A stretch of 64,000 nt of DNA from positions 129,819 to 193,818 of the forward strand of contig CAYPPG010000005.1 of the NCBI GenBank assembly GCA_964412555.1, read 5' to 3'. The notes under the pieces are model-generated. The model ran no database searches. It saw only the letters and a list, made by a program, of their open reading frames with translations, and was not told the origin of the DNA. Made by a program: the position numbers and the translations under genes. This DNA comes from an uncultured bacterium (GTDB taxonomy: Bacteria; Hinthialibacterota; Hinthialibacteria; Hinthialibacterales; Hinthialibacteraceae). Positions within the stretch are counted from its first letter, which is position 1. Each line of letters begins with the position of its first letter. Shown here one piece after another: positions 20,674 to 29,923 of the stretch.

Positions 20674-21663
20674 GTTTTTGAAACTATTTGTCTTAACTAT
20701 ACTGCACGGTTCTCCTGCGTGGAATCGTGTGACTTGATTTCTACCATTCTGTTTGGATTTGTATAGCGCTTCATCCGCTTCACGGATTAAATCATCGATC
20801 GTTTGATTTTTGGAGGTAAGCGAAGATACCCCCACACTGATACTGATCGGTATTTTTTGATTCTGAAAATCGACAGGTTTGCTCTCAATTATTTTTCGCA
20901 ATCGTTCCGCCGCTTCGTAGGCTCCTAGTTCGCCCTCTTCGGGAAAAATGACGGCGAATTCTTCACCTCCATAACGTGCCACGATATCGGTATCACGCAT
21001 CGAATCCTGGGTAACCTGAGCGATGATACGTAGCGTATGGTCTCCGGCTTGATGCCCATAGATATCGTTCACTTTTTTAAAATGATCCAAATCGAAAAGG
21101 AGAAATGATAGTTGCTTGTCGTAGCGGATCGACCGTTTGAGTTCTATTTCGAATTGTTGAGTGAAATACCGGCGATTCAATAAGCCAGTCAAGCCGTCTT
21201 TTTGACTGAGTTCTTCCAGCTTCACTAACGTATCCTGCAGCATTTTTTGGTAAATGCTGGTTTCCGTGACATCGACGATTGTGACACAAACAGATGAAAC
21301 TTCTCCACTTAAATTCTTGATGGGGAGAAAAGTACAGTCTTGATGCATATAATCAATTCCACCTGTAATTGGCCGATGATGGGGAAAGCGGAATAAATAA
21401 GGACGTTGCTGCCAGGAAGTAAAAGCATAATTTTTGAGCAAAAAAATGCTTTTGATTTTTCGCTCAAACCATTTTCGGGGAAGTTCCGGAAAACATTCGA
21501 ATATATTTCTCCCCAACACTTCATGAGTGGATTTGCTGCTGTGGGTTTCCATGAATTTATTCCATAGGGTAATGTTCAAATGTTTATCCACGGAAAAAAT
21601 CCCAACGTTGATGTGATTGACGATCGTGTAATCAAATAATGAATTATGGATGAAATCGTTCAT
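20668..21663 (-). CDS. PAS-domain diguanylate cyclase (GGDEF)
   Basis: N-terminal PAS-like ~130 aa. Intact active site RYGGEEFAVIF with the I-site RDTD five residues upstream. It lies 3 nt downstream of the REC gene. Confidence 0.9.
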   Translation of the reverse strand: MNDFIHNSLFDYTIVNHINVGIFSVDKHLNITLWNKFMETHSSKSTHEVLGRNIFECFPELPRKWFERKIKSIFLLKNYAFTSWQQRPYLFRFPHHRPITGGIDYMHQDCTFLPIKNLSGEVSSVCVTIVDVTETSIYQKMLQDTLVKLEELSQKDGLTGLLNRRYFTQQFEIELKRSIRYDKQLSFLLFDLDHFKKVNDIYGHQAGDHTLRIIAQVTQDSMRDTDIVARYGGEEFAVIFPEEGELGAYEAAERLRKIIESKPVDFQNQKIPISISVGVSSLTSKNQTIDDLIREADEALYKSKQNGRNQVTRFHAGEPCSIVKTNSFKNL

Positions 21664-21666
21664 CGA

Positions 21667-22656
21667 TCAAAGATCCTCGATCCATTTGTCCAAGGCCCGG
21701 CAGATATAATGAATGGATTGCTCTGGCATGAAAACGAGAATATGACTGCTGAAAGCCCGATTTTCCAATCGGAAAGCTACTTTCAATAACAAGGCGCTTT
21801 TCCATGAGATGTCATGGGTGATAAAAAGACTGGATAGAGAGGTATTCTCGCCCAAGATTGAAGGAGAGGAAAACGAGAGCGAGTGCTCGGAAGAGAGCTG
21901 CATGGATATACCATTTAAACAAGCGCCCACGAGTATGTTACCCACGTCCAAAAGCAATTCCTGATCGGAAATCGCTTCATTTGTTTTGTCATACCCCAAT
22001 AAATCTCCTAATTCTTTACATCCTTCCTGGCTATAAATTACAATGGCTTCTCCATTGAGATGATTGTAAAATGCTTGCCGGACCGCAGTTATTTCACCCG
22101 GATATTCCATCACATTTTCGACGATTTCTGAAACTTGATTCGCAGCAATGATTGTCACATGTGGAACGGTCAATTCCACGAAAGTATCCAGCAATTCGGC
22201 CAATGCGGCTCCTGCCTGCCCCATTCCTATATTGATGATTTCCCTCAAGACTTCATAATGATCATCGGTGAATGTGGGTTTGGGGATCAAAATTTGGTGT
22301 TCCACCAAAATTTGTTTGATGTTGGGGGTATCGATATTTTTGCGAATGAAAGCTTTAGCCCCTAATTCGAGTACTCGTTCTTTGGCTTTGGGTTGAATAT
22401 CCGCCGAGACCACGAAAACAGGAATATTGATCTTCTCTTTCCGGAGTTGTTGTAAGACTTCATACCCGTTCATTTGCGGCATCGTCAAGTCGAGGAAAAT
22501 GAAATCGAAGGGTTTGGTTCGGCAGAGGCTCAGAGCCTCCTGGCCGTTTGAGGCCTCTGAGATGAAAAAAACAACATTATCAATTTCAGTAAGCGTCTTT
22601 TTCAACAAGGCTCGAGCCAATTTTGAATCATCGACAATCAAAACAGAGTGTTCCAT
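21667..22656 (-). CDS. Response regulator with CheC/CheX-like C-terminal domain
   Basis: REC domain (LIVDDS..., FDFIFLDLTMPQMNG, VSADIQPK) followed by EIINIGMGQAGAALAELLDTFVELTVPHV, the CheC-family signature helix. Confidence 0.75.
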   Translation of the reverse strand: MEHSVLIVDDSKLARALLKKTLTEIDNVVFFISEASNGQEALSLCRTKPFDFIFLDLTMPQMNGYEVLQQLRKEKINIPVFVVSADIQPKAKERVLELGAKAFIRKNIDTPNIKQILVEHQILIPKPTFTDDHYEVLREIINIGMGQAGAALAELLDTFVELTVPHVTIIAANQVSEIVENVMEYPGEITAVRQAFYNHLNGEAIVIYSQEGCKELGDLLGYDKTNEAISDQELLLDVGNILVGACLNGISMQLSSEHSLSFSSPSILGENTSLSSLFITHDISWKSALLLKVAFRLENRAFSSHILVFMPEQSIHYICRALDKWIEDL

Positions 22657-22935
22657 TTATTTCAGTAAACCTCACAATGCAATTCTCATTCTGAGAGAAA
22701 ATTGATCAATAGAGTCAATTTCATAAATCAATGTCTGCTTATTCTGCGGATATTTATGATCCGTACTGTTTATCTATTTACAGCAGAATGAAACTCATAT
22801 AAGCATAACAACTGTAAAAAACTGATGTTTGGAATACAAGTATGTTTCAAACAGTTGTAATTAGAAGCAATTTTTGTACCTTTATGGGAAATGGTTGCCG
22901 CTTTTCACATGAAATGATTTAATTCAAAGTGCCTT

Positions 22936-24255
22936 TTATGATTTGAGGAATTTTCTCAGGAAGCGTTTGCCAAACTTTTCCTTATGAATTTCATGCTGGC
23001 TGGGAAAGCGATAATCCAATACAAGTGAGGATTTGGAGAAATCGCGGCTGTGGCAGGGATTTGCACACCAATTAAGAAAATCACCGACAGTATTGGCATA
23101 CGTATATTGTTCTTCGAAAAGTGTGCGAGCTCTTTTTGCCATTTGTTCCATTTTTTCAGGATGGTTTGCTGCAAGGATGATTTCCATTGCCAATGTTTGC
23201 GGATCACCGATGGGGCTAGTCAAGATCATTCCTTTGTAAAAGAGGATTTGGCTGATTTCGGTTCCCAATGTTGTCAAAACAGGGATGCCTCGCGCAATAA
23301 ACTCGGTGATTCGGTTGCGTGCACCGATATAGGTTTCATAGCAATTCAGATCGACATTGATCCCCAAGTGGGCTAGATTTTGACAATGCTCCAATTCGTC
23401 TTTCGAAACCCAGCCTTTCAATTCAAAGCGTTCCCGAAAACAGGATCGCTCGACCAATTCCACAAAGCGGGGATAGGTTTTCTCATCGTGACCGTCAATC
23501 GCTCCGCCGGTGGAAAGGAAACGTATACGGGAATCCTGTTCCATCGCGATTTCCAGGCCATGGAACAAAGTGTCCACATCGCACCAAAGGTTGTAACCTC
23601 CGCTGAAAAAGACATAAAAAGGCTCTTCTTTTTTCCGTTGGTTGATAACGAACGGGGTGTTCTTATCCCAAGCGATCGGGATTGTATGAACCAGCGGTTC
23701 CATGAACGTATATTGATTCAATCGACCCATAACCCCCAATTCACCAATGGTTGCCATGCGCTGCCGTTCGGAAGTGACGGAAAAACGATCCGCGCGCTGT
23801 AGTACTTCGCGATGGATATTCCAAAAATGGTGAATATAGCCGGATTCTTTGTAGTGATAGGCTTTTGCCTGTGCTTCACCCATAGGATATCCGTGGATGT
23901 CTCCCCAGACGGGCAGATTGTCAGCCACTTTTACGGCACGGCAAGCCGGATAAGAACATGCACCGACCAATGCATCCGGATTGTGTTCGTTGATTTTTTC
24001 GCGTAGATAACCGTCATCGGCAAAACGAATCAATTCATCCACCGTATAATATGTCAAATTCCCGTTCTGCTTGCATTCTTCATCAGGAAGATGATCCAAT
24101 GTCTTATCCGTTATTCTCATGCACAGTAAGATCACTTCAAATCCATGATCTAGAAGTGGCTTTGTCAAATGCCATGCACGATTTCCTCCTCCATGAAATT
24201 TCTTGGAGTCCTCGATCATTAATGGGCCGATGCCTAAAATGAATATTCTTTTCAT
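22936..24255 (-). CDS. GT-B-fold glycosyltransferase (GT4-like)
   Basis: 439 aa. N-terminal MKRIFILGIGP Rossmann start and a C-terminal E..GARNRITEFIARGIPVL motif resembling the EX7E region. SD GGAGG upstream. Confidence 0.6.
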   Translation of the reverse strand: MKRIFILGIGPLMIEDSKKFHGGGNRAWHLTKPLLDHGFEVILLCMRITDKTLDHLPDEECKQNGNLTYYTVDELIRFADDGYLREKINEHNPDALVGACSYPACRAVKVADNLPVWGDIHGYPMGEAQAKAYHYKESGYIHHFWNIHREVLQRADRFSVTSERQRMATIGELGVMGRLNQYTFMEPLVHTIPIAWDKNTPFVINQRKKEEPFYVFFSGGYNLWCDVDTLFHGLEIAMEQDSRIRFLSTGGAIDGHDEKTYPRFVELVERSCFRERFELKGWVSKDELEHCQNLAHLGINVDLNCYETYIGARNRITEFIARGIPVLTTLGTEISQILFYKGMILTSPIGDPQTLAMEIILAANHPEKMEQMAKRARTLFEEQYTYANTVGDFLNWCANPCHSRDFSKSSLVLDYRFPSQHEIHKEKFGKRFLRKFLKS

Positions 24256-24360
24256 ATCCGAAATGCCTCCGATGAATGATCATAGTATAAAACAATTTGG
24301 AGAATTGAATACTTGTTTCTGTTGGGAAACGTGAAAAAGAAAACAGCGGGGAGGATAGAA

Positions 24361-25116
24361 TTACCAAGGGCGATGATCGTCGTTCAGAATTTTGTCGAGA
24401 AAAAGACCGGCTCTCGATTGCCCGCCGCTATGATATTCAAGATGGGTTTTGAGCAATGTATTGATTTCTTTCTTTTGCGAGGCTGAAAGTTTGATATTAG
24501 GAGGATTTGATGTAGAAGCAATGTGGCGGAGTGCTTGTATGGTTCCTGCGCTGATCATAATCCCGTTCTCTGTTCGATTCGGGGAGGCGATTCCACCTTC
24601 TTTCGGAAGAAATACCCAACTTGTTTCCTCTTTGTTACCGCTGATGACACAATGATTGATTTGGGGCTGCCAGCCTGCGTCGGAGAGCAAGCGCCATTGA
24701 TAATAGAATAAATCTTCTTGAGTGGGTTCTTGGATATCCCATCGGTGAAAAGCGTCCAGTATTAAATTCCAAACGTGAGTATTCGATTCAAATTCTTCAC
24801 TCAACAAGTCCACCCACTCGGCCAGACAGGAAGCAAAACACATTTTATGAAGATTCTCTTGGAGAGTTGCGAAACGGTGAATAAGCGAAACTTGAGTCAG
24901 GCTCCAGATATCCTGGCTTTCGGATTTCGCGTACAAAATAACATCGAGGTGATGAAAAGATTGTGTAACACCGGCAAGCCGGCTGGCCGTTTTCATGACG
25001 CTGCGTGTCGATGCCGTGATTTTTCCATATTGCCGGGAAAGGAGGGTGAGGATCGCGTCCGCATCCCGTAAGCGGCGCCGTCGTAAAGTGAGTGCTTCTG
25101 TATGGAATAGAGGCAT
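24361..25116 (-). CDS. recO: DNA repair protein RecO
   Basis: TEALTLRRRRLRDADAILTLLSRQYGKITASTRSVMKTASRLAG matches the RecO OB-fold N-terminus pattern. The start is set at ATG 25114-25116 (MPLFH...). Confidence 0.8.
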   Translation of the reverse strand: MPLFHTEALTLRRRRLRDADAILTLLSRQYGKITASTRSVMKTASRLAGVTQSFHHLDVILYAKSESQDIWSLTQVSLIHRFATLQENLHKMCFASCLAEWVDLLSEEFESNTHVWNLILDAFHRWDIQEPTQEDLFYYQWRLLSDAGWQPQINHCVISGNKEETSWVFLPKEGGIASPNRTENGIMISAGTIQALRHIASTSNPPNIKLSASQKKEINTLLKTHLEYHSGGQSRAGLFLDKILNDDHRPW

Positions 25117-25229
25117 GGATTGAACCAGGAATGCTCGCAAGGAAAGTAGAGATAGACAGTTCCCTTTCTTTTTTGTAGAAAGAATCCTCTCAACCGGAGA
25201 AAAGGCAAGGTCTCCAAATAGATTTCAAT

Positions 25230-25580
25230 TTACACTTCTTGGTGCCGGCAAAAATCGACCGCTTCCTCAACCGTAGCGTAAACCGGGAATATTGTATCAA
25301 GGTTTGTATCGTGAAAAACCTTTTGCACGTGCGGATTTGCGTTGGCGAAAACGATGTTTCCTTGTGACATAGACCGATAGGCCTTTAAAAAGGTTCCCAA
25401 TGCGACACTGTTGAGACTGTCCATTTCCTTGCAGTCGACGACGATATTCTTTTTGCCCTCGACGGTCAATCGATGCAGCATGGTTTTCAAAGTCGATGTG
25501 TCCATAAAGGAAATCGATCCTGATACTTTCAGCATAACCACATCGCCGCTTACTTTTTTTGTGATGCGCATAGTCTCCAC
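25230..25580 (-). CDS. STAS-domain anti-sigma-factor antagonist (SpoIIAA-like)
   Basis: 116 aa. ...VVMLKVSGSISFMDTSTLKTML...VVDCKEMDSLNSVALGTFL...VFHDTNLDTIFPVY. No partner kinase or phosphatase is in the window. Confidence 0.8.
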   Translation of the reverse strand: METMRITKKVSGDVVMLKVSGSISFMDTSTLKTMLHRLTVEGKKNIVVDCKEMDSLNSVALGTFLKAYRSMSQGNIVFANANPHVQKVFHDTNLDTIFPVYATVEEAVDFCRHQEV

Positions 25581-25866
25581 TCCCCTAATAGCTATGATGC
25601 AAATCGGTGCGCTTTTCGAAAAATATTTGAATCTTTGTGTATTTGTTCATCTTAGCATAAAATTCCATCTCATGCTTGGAAATGGATTGAAAATTATCTC
25701 TATTTCAACATAGATTTCATTCAGTTGCAATATCCATCAAGCGGATTTTTGAGTTTTGATTCAATGGAGGTTCAAAACATTTACTTCTTGATCTATTCTG
25801 GAATAACACTTTTACCCCGTTGAAAAAAGTGGCCTATAATTCAATTCTGCTTAAGGAGAATTTCCG

Positions 25867-28470
25867 ATGTTCAGGATCGTTTTATGTTGGACTGTTGCAT
25901 TTTTTTGCATTTCTCCCGTTTTTTCTGCCGAATCAATTCCCTCCCCTGAGGATTTTCTCGGTTATGAGGTGGGAGCGGATTTCAAACTTGCGCATTGGAG
26001 AACCATCGATGAATATTTTCGCTTGGTAGGTCAAAAGTCGGACCGGGTACTCGTGGAAGATATCGGACCAACAACGGAAGGCAATTCGTATCTTATTGCG
26101 ACTATTTCTTCAGCTGATACATTGGAAAATATCGATCTATATAAGACGATACAGCGTAAACTGTCTCATCCGAACGAGATGGAGGCCGGCGAACGTGAAA
26201 CCGTGTTAGAAGAAGCCAAAACTGTCATTCTTATTGCGTGTTCTCTTCATTCATCTGAAATCGGCGCTTCTCAAATGTCTTTGGAGTTGTTGTATCAATT
26301 GGCCACCGAGAATGATGAGCGAACGTTGGAAATTCTCGAAAACGACATCATTCTTTTGGTACCCTCGGCGAATCCGGATGGGATTGACAAAGTCATCGAT
26401 TGGTATGAGAGCTCCTTGGGAAAACCATGGGAAGGGCAGGGAATGCCTTGGCTGTATCAAAAATATGTCGGCCATGATAACAATCGGGATTGGTTTATGA
26501 TCACCCAAAGAGAAACGGAAATTCTCACTCGTGTGATGTATCACGAATGGTATGCTTGTATTATTTATGATATACACCAGATGGGCAGTGGTGGTTGCCG
26601 TTTCTTTGTCCCGCCTTTTTTTGATCCGATCAATCCGAATGTCGATCCGCTGATTCATGAATCTTTGAAGCTGATTGGGGGACATATGTGCACTGAATTG
26701 GCGGAAGAGGGGAAGACAGGTGTCCTCACCAATGCCGTATACGATAATTGGTGGCATGGAGGGAATCGAACGACGCCCTATCGCCACAACATCGTAGGCT
26801 TACTGTCGGAAGCGGCATCCCCCCGGATCGCTTCTCCCATTTTTCAGAGAAAATCAGAATTGCGGGGGCATTCGCGCGGTTTGCCTCGTTATGTTCCGCA
26901 GGTGAATTTTCCTGATCCATGGGATGGCGGCTGGTGGCGGCTGCGGGATGTCGTCGAATATGAGGAAATTGCCTGTTATGCGTTGTTTACCGTAGGAGCA
27001 CGGTATCGGGACCGCTTCAACCGGAATTATCTGGAAATGAACGAAAAAGCAATTCGTCTGGGGAAAGAAGTGCCGCCCTATGCCTATATTGTTCCGAAGG
27101 ATCAGCGTGATTTGCCGACGGCGGAGCGACTGTTACAGATTCTGGAATTGGGGGGAGTCGAAATCAAAGAGGCGAATGAATCGTTTACCGCTGATGGGAT
27201 TTCCTATGATGAGGGAACGTACATTATCTATACGTCTCAACCGTATCGGAATCATATTCGGGATTTATTGGAACCACAGGATTATCCGGACCGCTATCAG
27301 TATCCCGGCGGGCCTGCGGAACCGCCTTATGACGTGGCGGGTTGGACATTGTCCTATCAGATGAATGTAAAGGTTGTTCCAGTGCAGAGTTCCTTTGAAA
27401 CAAGCACGTCTACTGCCGATCTTACGGACTTTAGTGAAGGGGATGTTACCGGCAGCGGCTCTGTCTATGTATCCAAAAACCAAACCACCAATGATTTCAT
27501 TTTGTTGAATCGTTCTTTCTCGGAGGGAATCCCCACTTATGTTGCGACAAGGACGATGAAGCTCAAGAATGATAATGCTGCGATCGAAGAAGGATCGTTG
27601 CTTTGGGCGCCGACGAATTCCTCACAACAATCTGAATTGAACCGTTGGATCCGCGATTTGGGGCTTCAACTTGAACGGTATACGGTTTCTCTTTCAGATT
27701 CCTCTCTCACCAAATTGGTCAAACCGTGCGTGGCTCTCTATCATCCGTGGGCGGCGAGTATGGATGAGGGTTGGACGCGGTTCGTTCTGGAGCAATTCGA
27801 ATTCGATTATGATTGGCTGTATAACGCTGATGTGCGCGCCGGTAATTTGATAGACCGCTATAACGTTATTCTCATTCCTGATCTCGGAAGCGGAACCATT
27901 CTCAACGGAATGGCGGAAGGGACAACCGCTCCGGAATATGCCGGCGGAATCGGAGATTTGGGCGTTATGCATTTACAAGACTTTGTTGAAAGTGGCGGAA
28001 CATTGCTCTGTTTGGATACCTCGACCTCCTTTGCGATTCGTTATTTCGACCTGCCGGTCAAGAACGCGCTCTCCGGCTTGAAACGGAGTGACTTTTTCTG
28101 CCCCGGTTCGATTCTACGGATCAATTTGAATACCGATTCGACGGTAGCCTATGGAATGGAAAAACGATCTCCCGCATATTTTGCCCGTTCCTATGCATTT
28201 GAGGTTGAGAATAACTCAAATGATAAAAATTCCTTGAAACCCAAGATTCAGACACCGGAGATTGTGGCTGCCTATGACGATACGGTCACCATGTTGAGCG
28301 GCTGGATTTTAGGAGCACATCATCTCCATAACAAAGCGGCGATTCTGTCGGTTCCCTATGGTGAGGGAAAGATCGTGTTGTACGGTTTCCGGGTGCAGCA
28401 TCGTGCGCAACCGCATGGAACGTTCCGGTTGTTGTTCAATGGGATCGTTTTCGGCGGTTCTTCTCTTTGA
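25867..28470 (+). CDS. Secreted M14-family zinc carboxypeptidase-like protein with large C-terminal extension
   Basis: SD AAGGAGA and a signal peptide. IPSPEDFLGYEVGADFKLAHW...TTEGNSYLIATIS and HSSEIG (HxxE zinc ligands). 867 aa. Confidence 0.8.
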   Translation: MFRIVLCWTVAFFCISPVFSAESIPSPEDFLGYEVGADFKLAHWRTIDEYFRLVGQKSDRVLVEDIGPTTEGNSYLIATISSADTLENIDLYKTIQRKLSHPNEMEAGERETVLEEAKTVILIACSLHSSEIGASQMSLELLYQLATENDERTLEILENDIILLVPSANPDGIDKVIDWYESSLGKPWEGQGMPWLYQKYVGHDNNRDWFMITQRETEILTRVMYHEWYACIIYDIHQMGSGGCRFFVPPFFDPINPNVDPLIHESLKLIGGHMCTELAEEGKTGVLTNAVYDNWWHGGNRTTPYRHNIVGLLSEAASPRIASPIFQRKSELRGHSRGLPRYVPQVNFPDPWDGGWWRLRDVVEYEEIACYALFTVGARYRDRFNRNYLEMNEKAIRLGKEVPPYAYIVPKDQRDLPTAERLLQILELGGVEIKEANESFTADGISYDEGTYIIYTSQPYRNHIRDLLEPQDYPDRYQYPGGPAEPPYDVAGWTLSYQMNVKVVPVQSSFETSTSTADLTDFSEGDVTGSGSVYVSKNQTTNDFILLNRSFSEGIPTYVATRTMKLKNDNAAIEEGSLLWAPTNSSQQSELNRWIRDLGLQLERYTVSLSDSSLTKLVKPCVALYHPWAASMDEGWTRFVLEQFEFDYDWLYNADVRAGNLIDRYNVILIPDLGSGTILNGMAEGTTAPEYAGGIGDLGVMHLQDFVESGGTLLCLDTSTSFAIRYFDLPVKNALSGLKRSDFFCPGSILRINLNTDSTVAYGMEKRSPAYFARSYAFEVENNSNDKNSLKPKIQTPEIVAAYDDTVTMLSGWILGAHHLHNKAAILSVPYGEGKIVLYGFRVQHRAQPHGTFRLLFNGIVFGGSSL

Positions 28471-28485
28471 TGGAGATCATACTGT

Positions 28486-29490
28486 ATGCTTGATCCTTCT
28501 AACACCTTCATGATTGTTCCCGCCTGGTTTTCGAATGAAGTGAAAAAGGAGGAGATCGACCGCCTTTTCACATTGACTTTTGAAGGCGCCAGTCGAATTG
28601 CGCCTCCGGAGAATCAATTTTTGTATCTCGACGGTATAGACCGGCTGCAGCTTGTTGCAGAACGAGTTTTATCCGAACTCTCTCTTCCGGTCACTATCGA
28701 AAACGCTCAAATGAATCGCGGCAAAGGCGCTGGCGTGTTGACGGGATTGCAAAAAGGTTTGGAAAAAGATTCCATCCAGTGGTTTGCCGTTCGGGACGCG
28801 GATGGAGATCATCGTGTCGAAGATTTTACCGGTTTGGCAGAGGCCGGGCGGCAGATCGAGAAGGAGTGCGGGGACGTGCCGATTCTGGTTGTCGGAGGAC
28901 GCTATCATCTCGAACCGCCGTTGTCTCTTTACCGTGCGATGTATGAAAAAATCTTGAATGCCTGTATTGAATCAGCGCTTCATTTTACCTTGGCCAAGCA
29001 GAACTATTTTCCCATGCGCAGTTATTTTTGCCAATATCGTCCGTATCCGGATTTGCAGTCGGGCTATAAGTTGTATAATCGGAAAGCCGCCGAACTGGCT
29101 GTACAAGGATTCGAGAGCGATGAAGAGAACCAATTCGAGTTGCTGCGCTGGGGCGCGGAAATTGTTCCGTATGTGTGGAATGTGCTTCATCGTGCGGTCA
29201 TCGGAGAAAAATTACGCTCCACCTATCGCGAACAACCGGTGACGGCGTATGGCTCGATCAAACGGGCGGAATTTTACGCTCAGAAGTTGGTTTGGGTCTT
29301 TCGGACTTGTGAGATCTCGATGTGGAACGCAGCCCGGATGTTGGATGGAGAACTGGCGTATGTTCCTCTTATGTTCGATGCGATGGGGAAGATGGAACTG
29401 ATGGCGTTTCGGAGAAAAGTGCTCGAACCACTGCGGAGGCGGGAGGCGGATGACGTGCCTTCGTTTCGAGAGGGAGTGAGATTTTTTTGA
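28486..29490 (+). CDS. GT2-like (GT-A fold) glycosyltransferase candidate
   Basis: MIVPAW first strand, NRGKGAGVLTGL, DADGDH (DxD) and DLQSGYKLYNRK (compare D.QCGFK.F of GT2 enzymes). It lies 15 nt after the M14 gene. Confidence 0.5.
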   Translation: MLDPSNTFMIVPAWFSNEVKKEEIDRLFTLTFEGASRIAPPENQFLYLDGIDRLQLVAERVLSELSLPVTIENAQMNRGKGAGVLTGLQKGLEKDSIQWFAVRDADGDHRVEDFTGLAEAGRQIEKECGDVPILVVGGRYHLEPPLSLYRAMYEKILNACIESALHFTLAKQNYFPMRSYFCQYRPYPDLQSGYKLYNRKAAELAVQGFESDEENQFELLRWGAEIVPYVWNVLHRAVIGEKLRSTYREQPVTAYGSIKRAEFYAQKLVWVFRTCEISMWNAARMLDGELAYVPLMFDAMGKMELMAFRRKVLEPLRRREADDVPSFREGVRFF

Positions 29491-29625
29491 TCGAAAGTTG
29501 TTTCCTACCGAATTTCAATCATATGTGAAGTAATCTCGGGGATGGTATGAAGTTTTTTGTCATTTGTTAATGAAATTGCTTGAAAGAATTTTGTAGTATA
29601 TTTGTATCCAATAGTATAAGCAATT

Positions 29626-29832
29626 TTATCCCCATTCACTTCTTATATCGTTTTGAAATTGTAAAGGATCAAGAGGAATTTCAATAGTGTTGTTGTATTT
29701 TTTTAAATCCATGGTTGGGAATTCGTTGTTGTTTTTCATCAAATATTTTATATCCTGCCAATCCTTGTAATCGATGATTACGGCGACAGGATTCATTTTG
29801 TCATCAGTAATGTATTTTTTCTTTATATTCAT
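29626..29832 (-). CDS. Small antitoxin-like protein (68 aa), orphan
   Basis: KKYITDDKMNPVAVIIDYKDWQDIKYLM resembles the N-terminal strand-helix of Phd/YefM-like antitoxins. It sits in a ~30% G+C islet. The SD is weak and no partner toxin ORF is present. Confidence 0.35.
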   Translation of the reverse strand: MNIKKKYITDDKMNPVAVIIDYKDWQDIKYLMKNNNEFPTMDLKKYNNTIEIPLDPLQFQNDIRSEWG

Positions 29833-29923
29833 GTTTCACTTCTTTCATGTTTTACATGCTATTGATCCAATATTATAGCATAACTCGGATGTTTTTGACA
29901 GATATACTCTTATATATGATGAA

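Noticed and set aside
22866-22881. Sigma-54-type promoter on the minus strand (AGGTAC-N5-TTGCT, with GG and GC 10 nt apart) upstream of the REC-CheC gene.
   Set aside because: It matches the GG/GC core only, lies about 210 nt from the start codon, and has no enhancer-binding-protein gene nearby. It is too weak to call.
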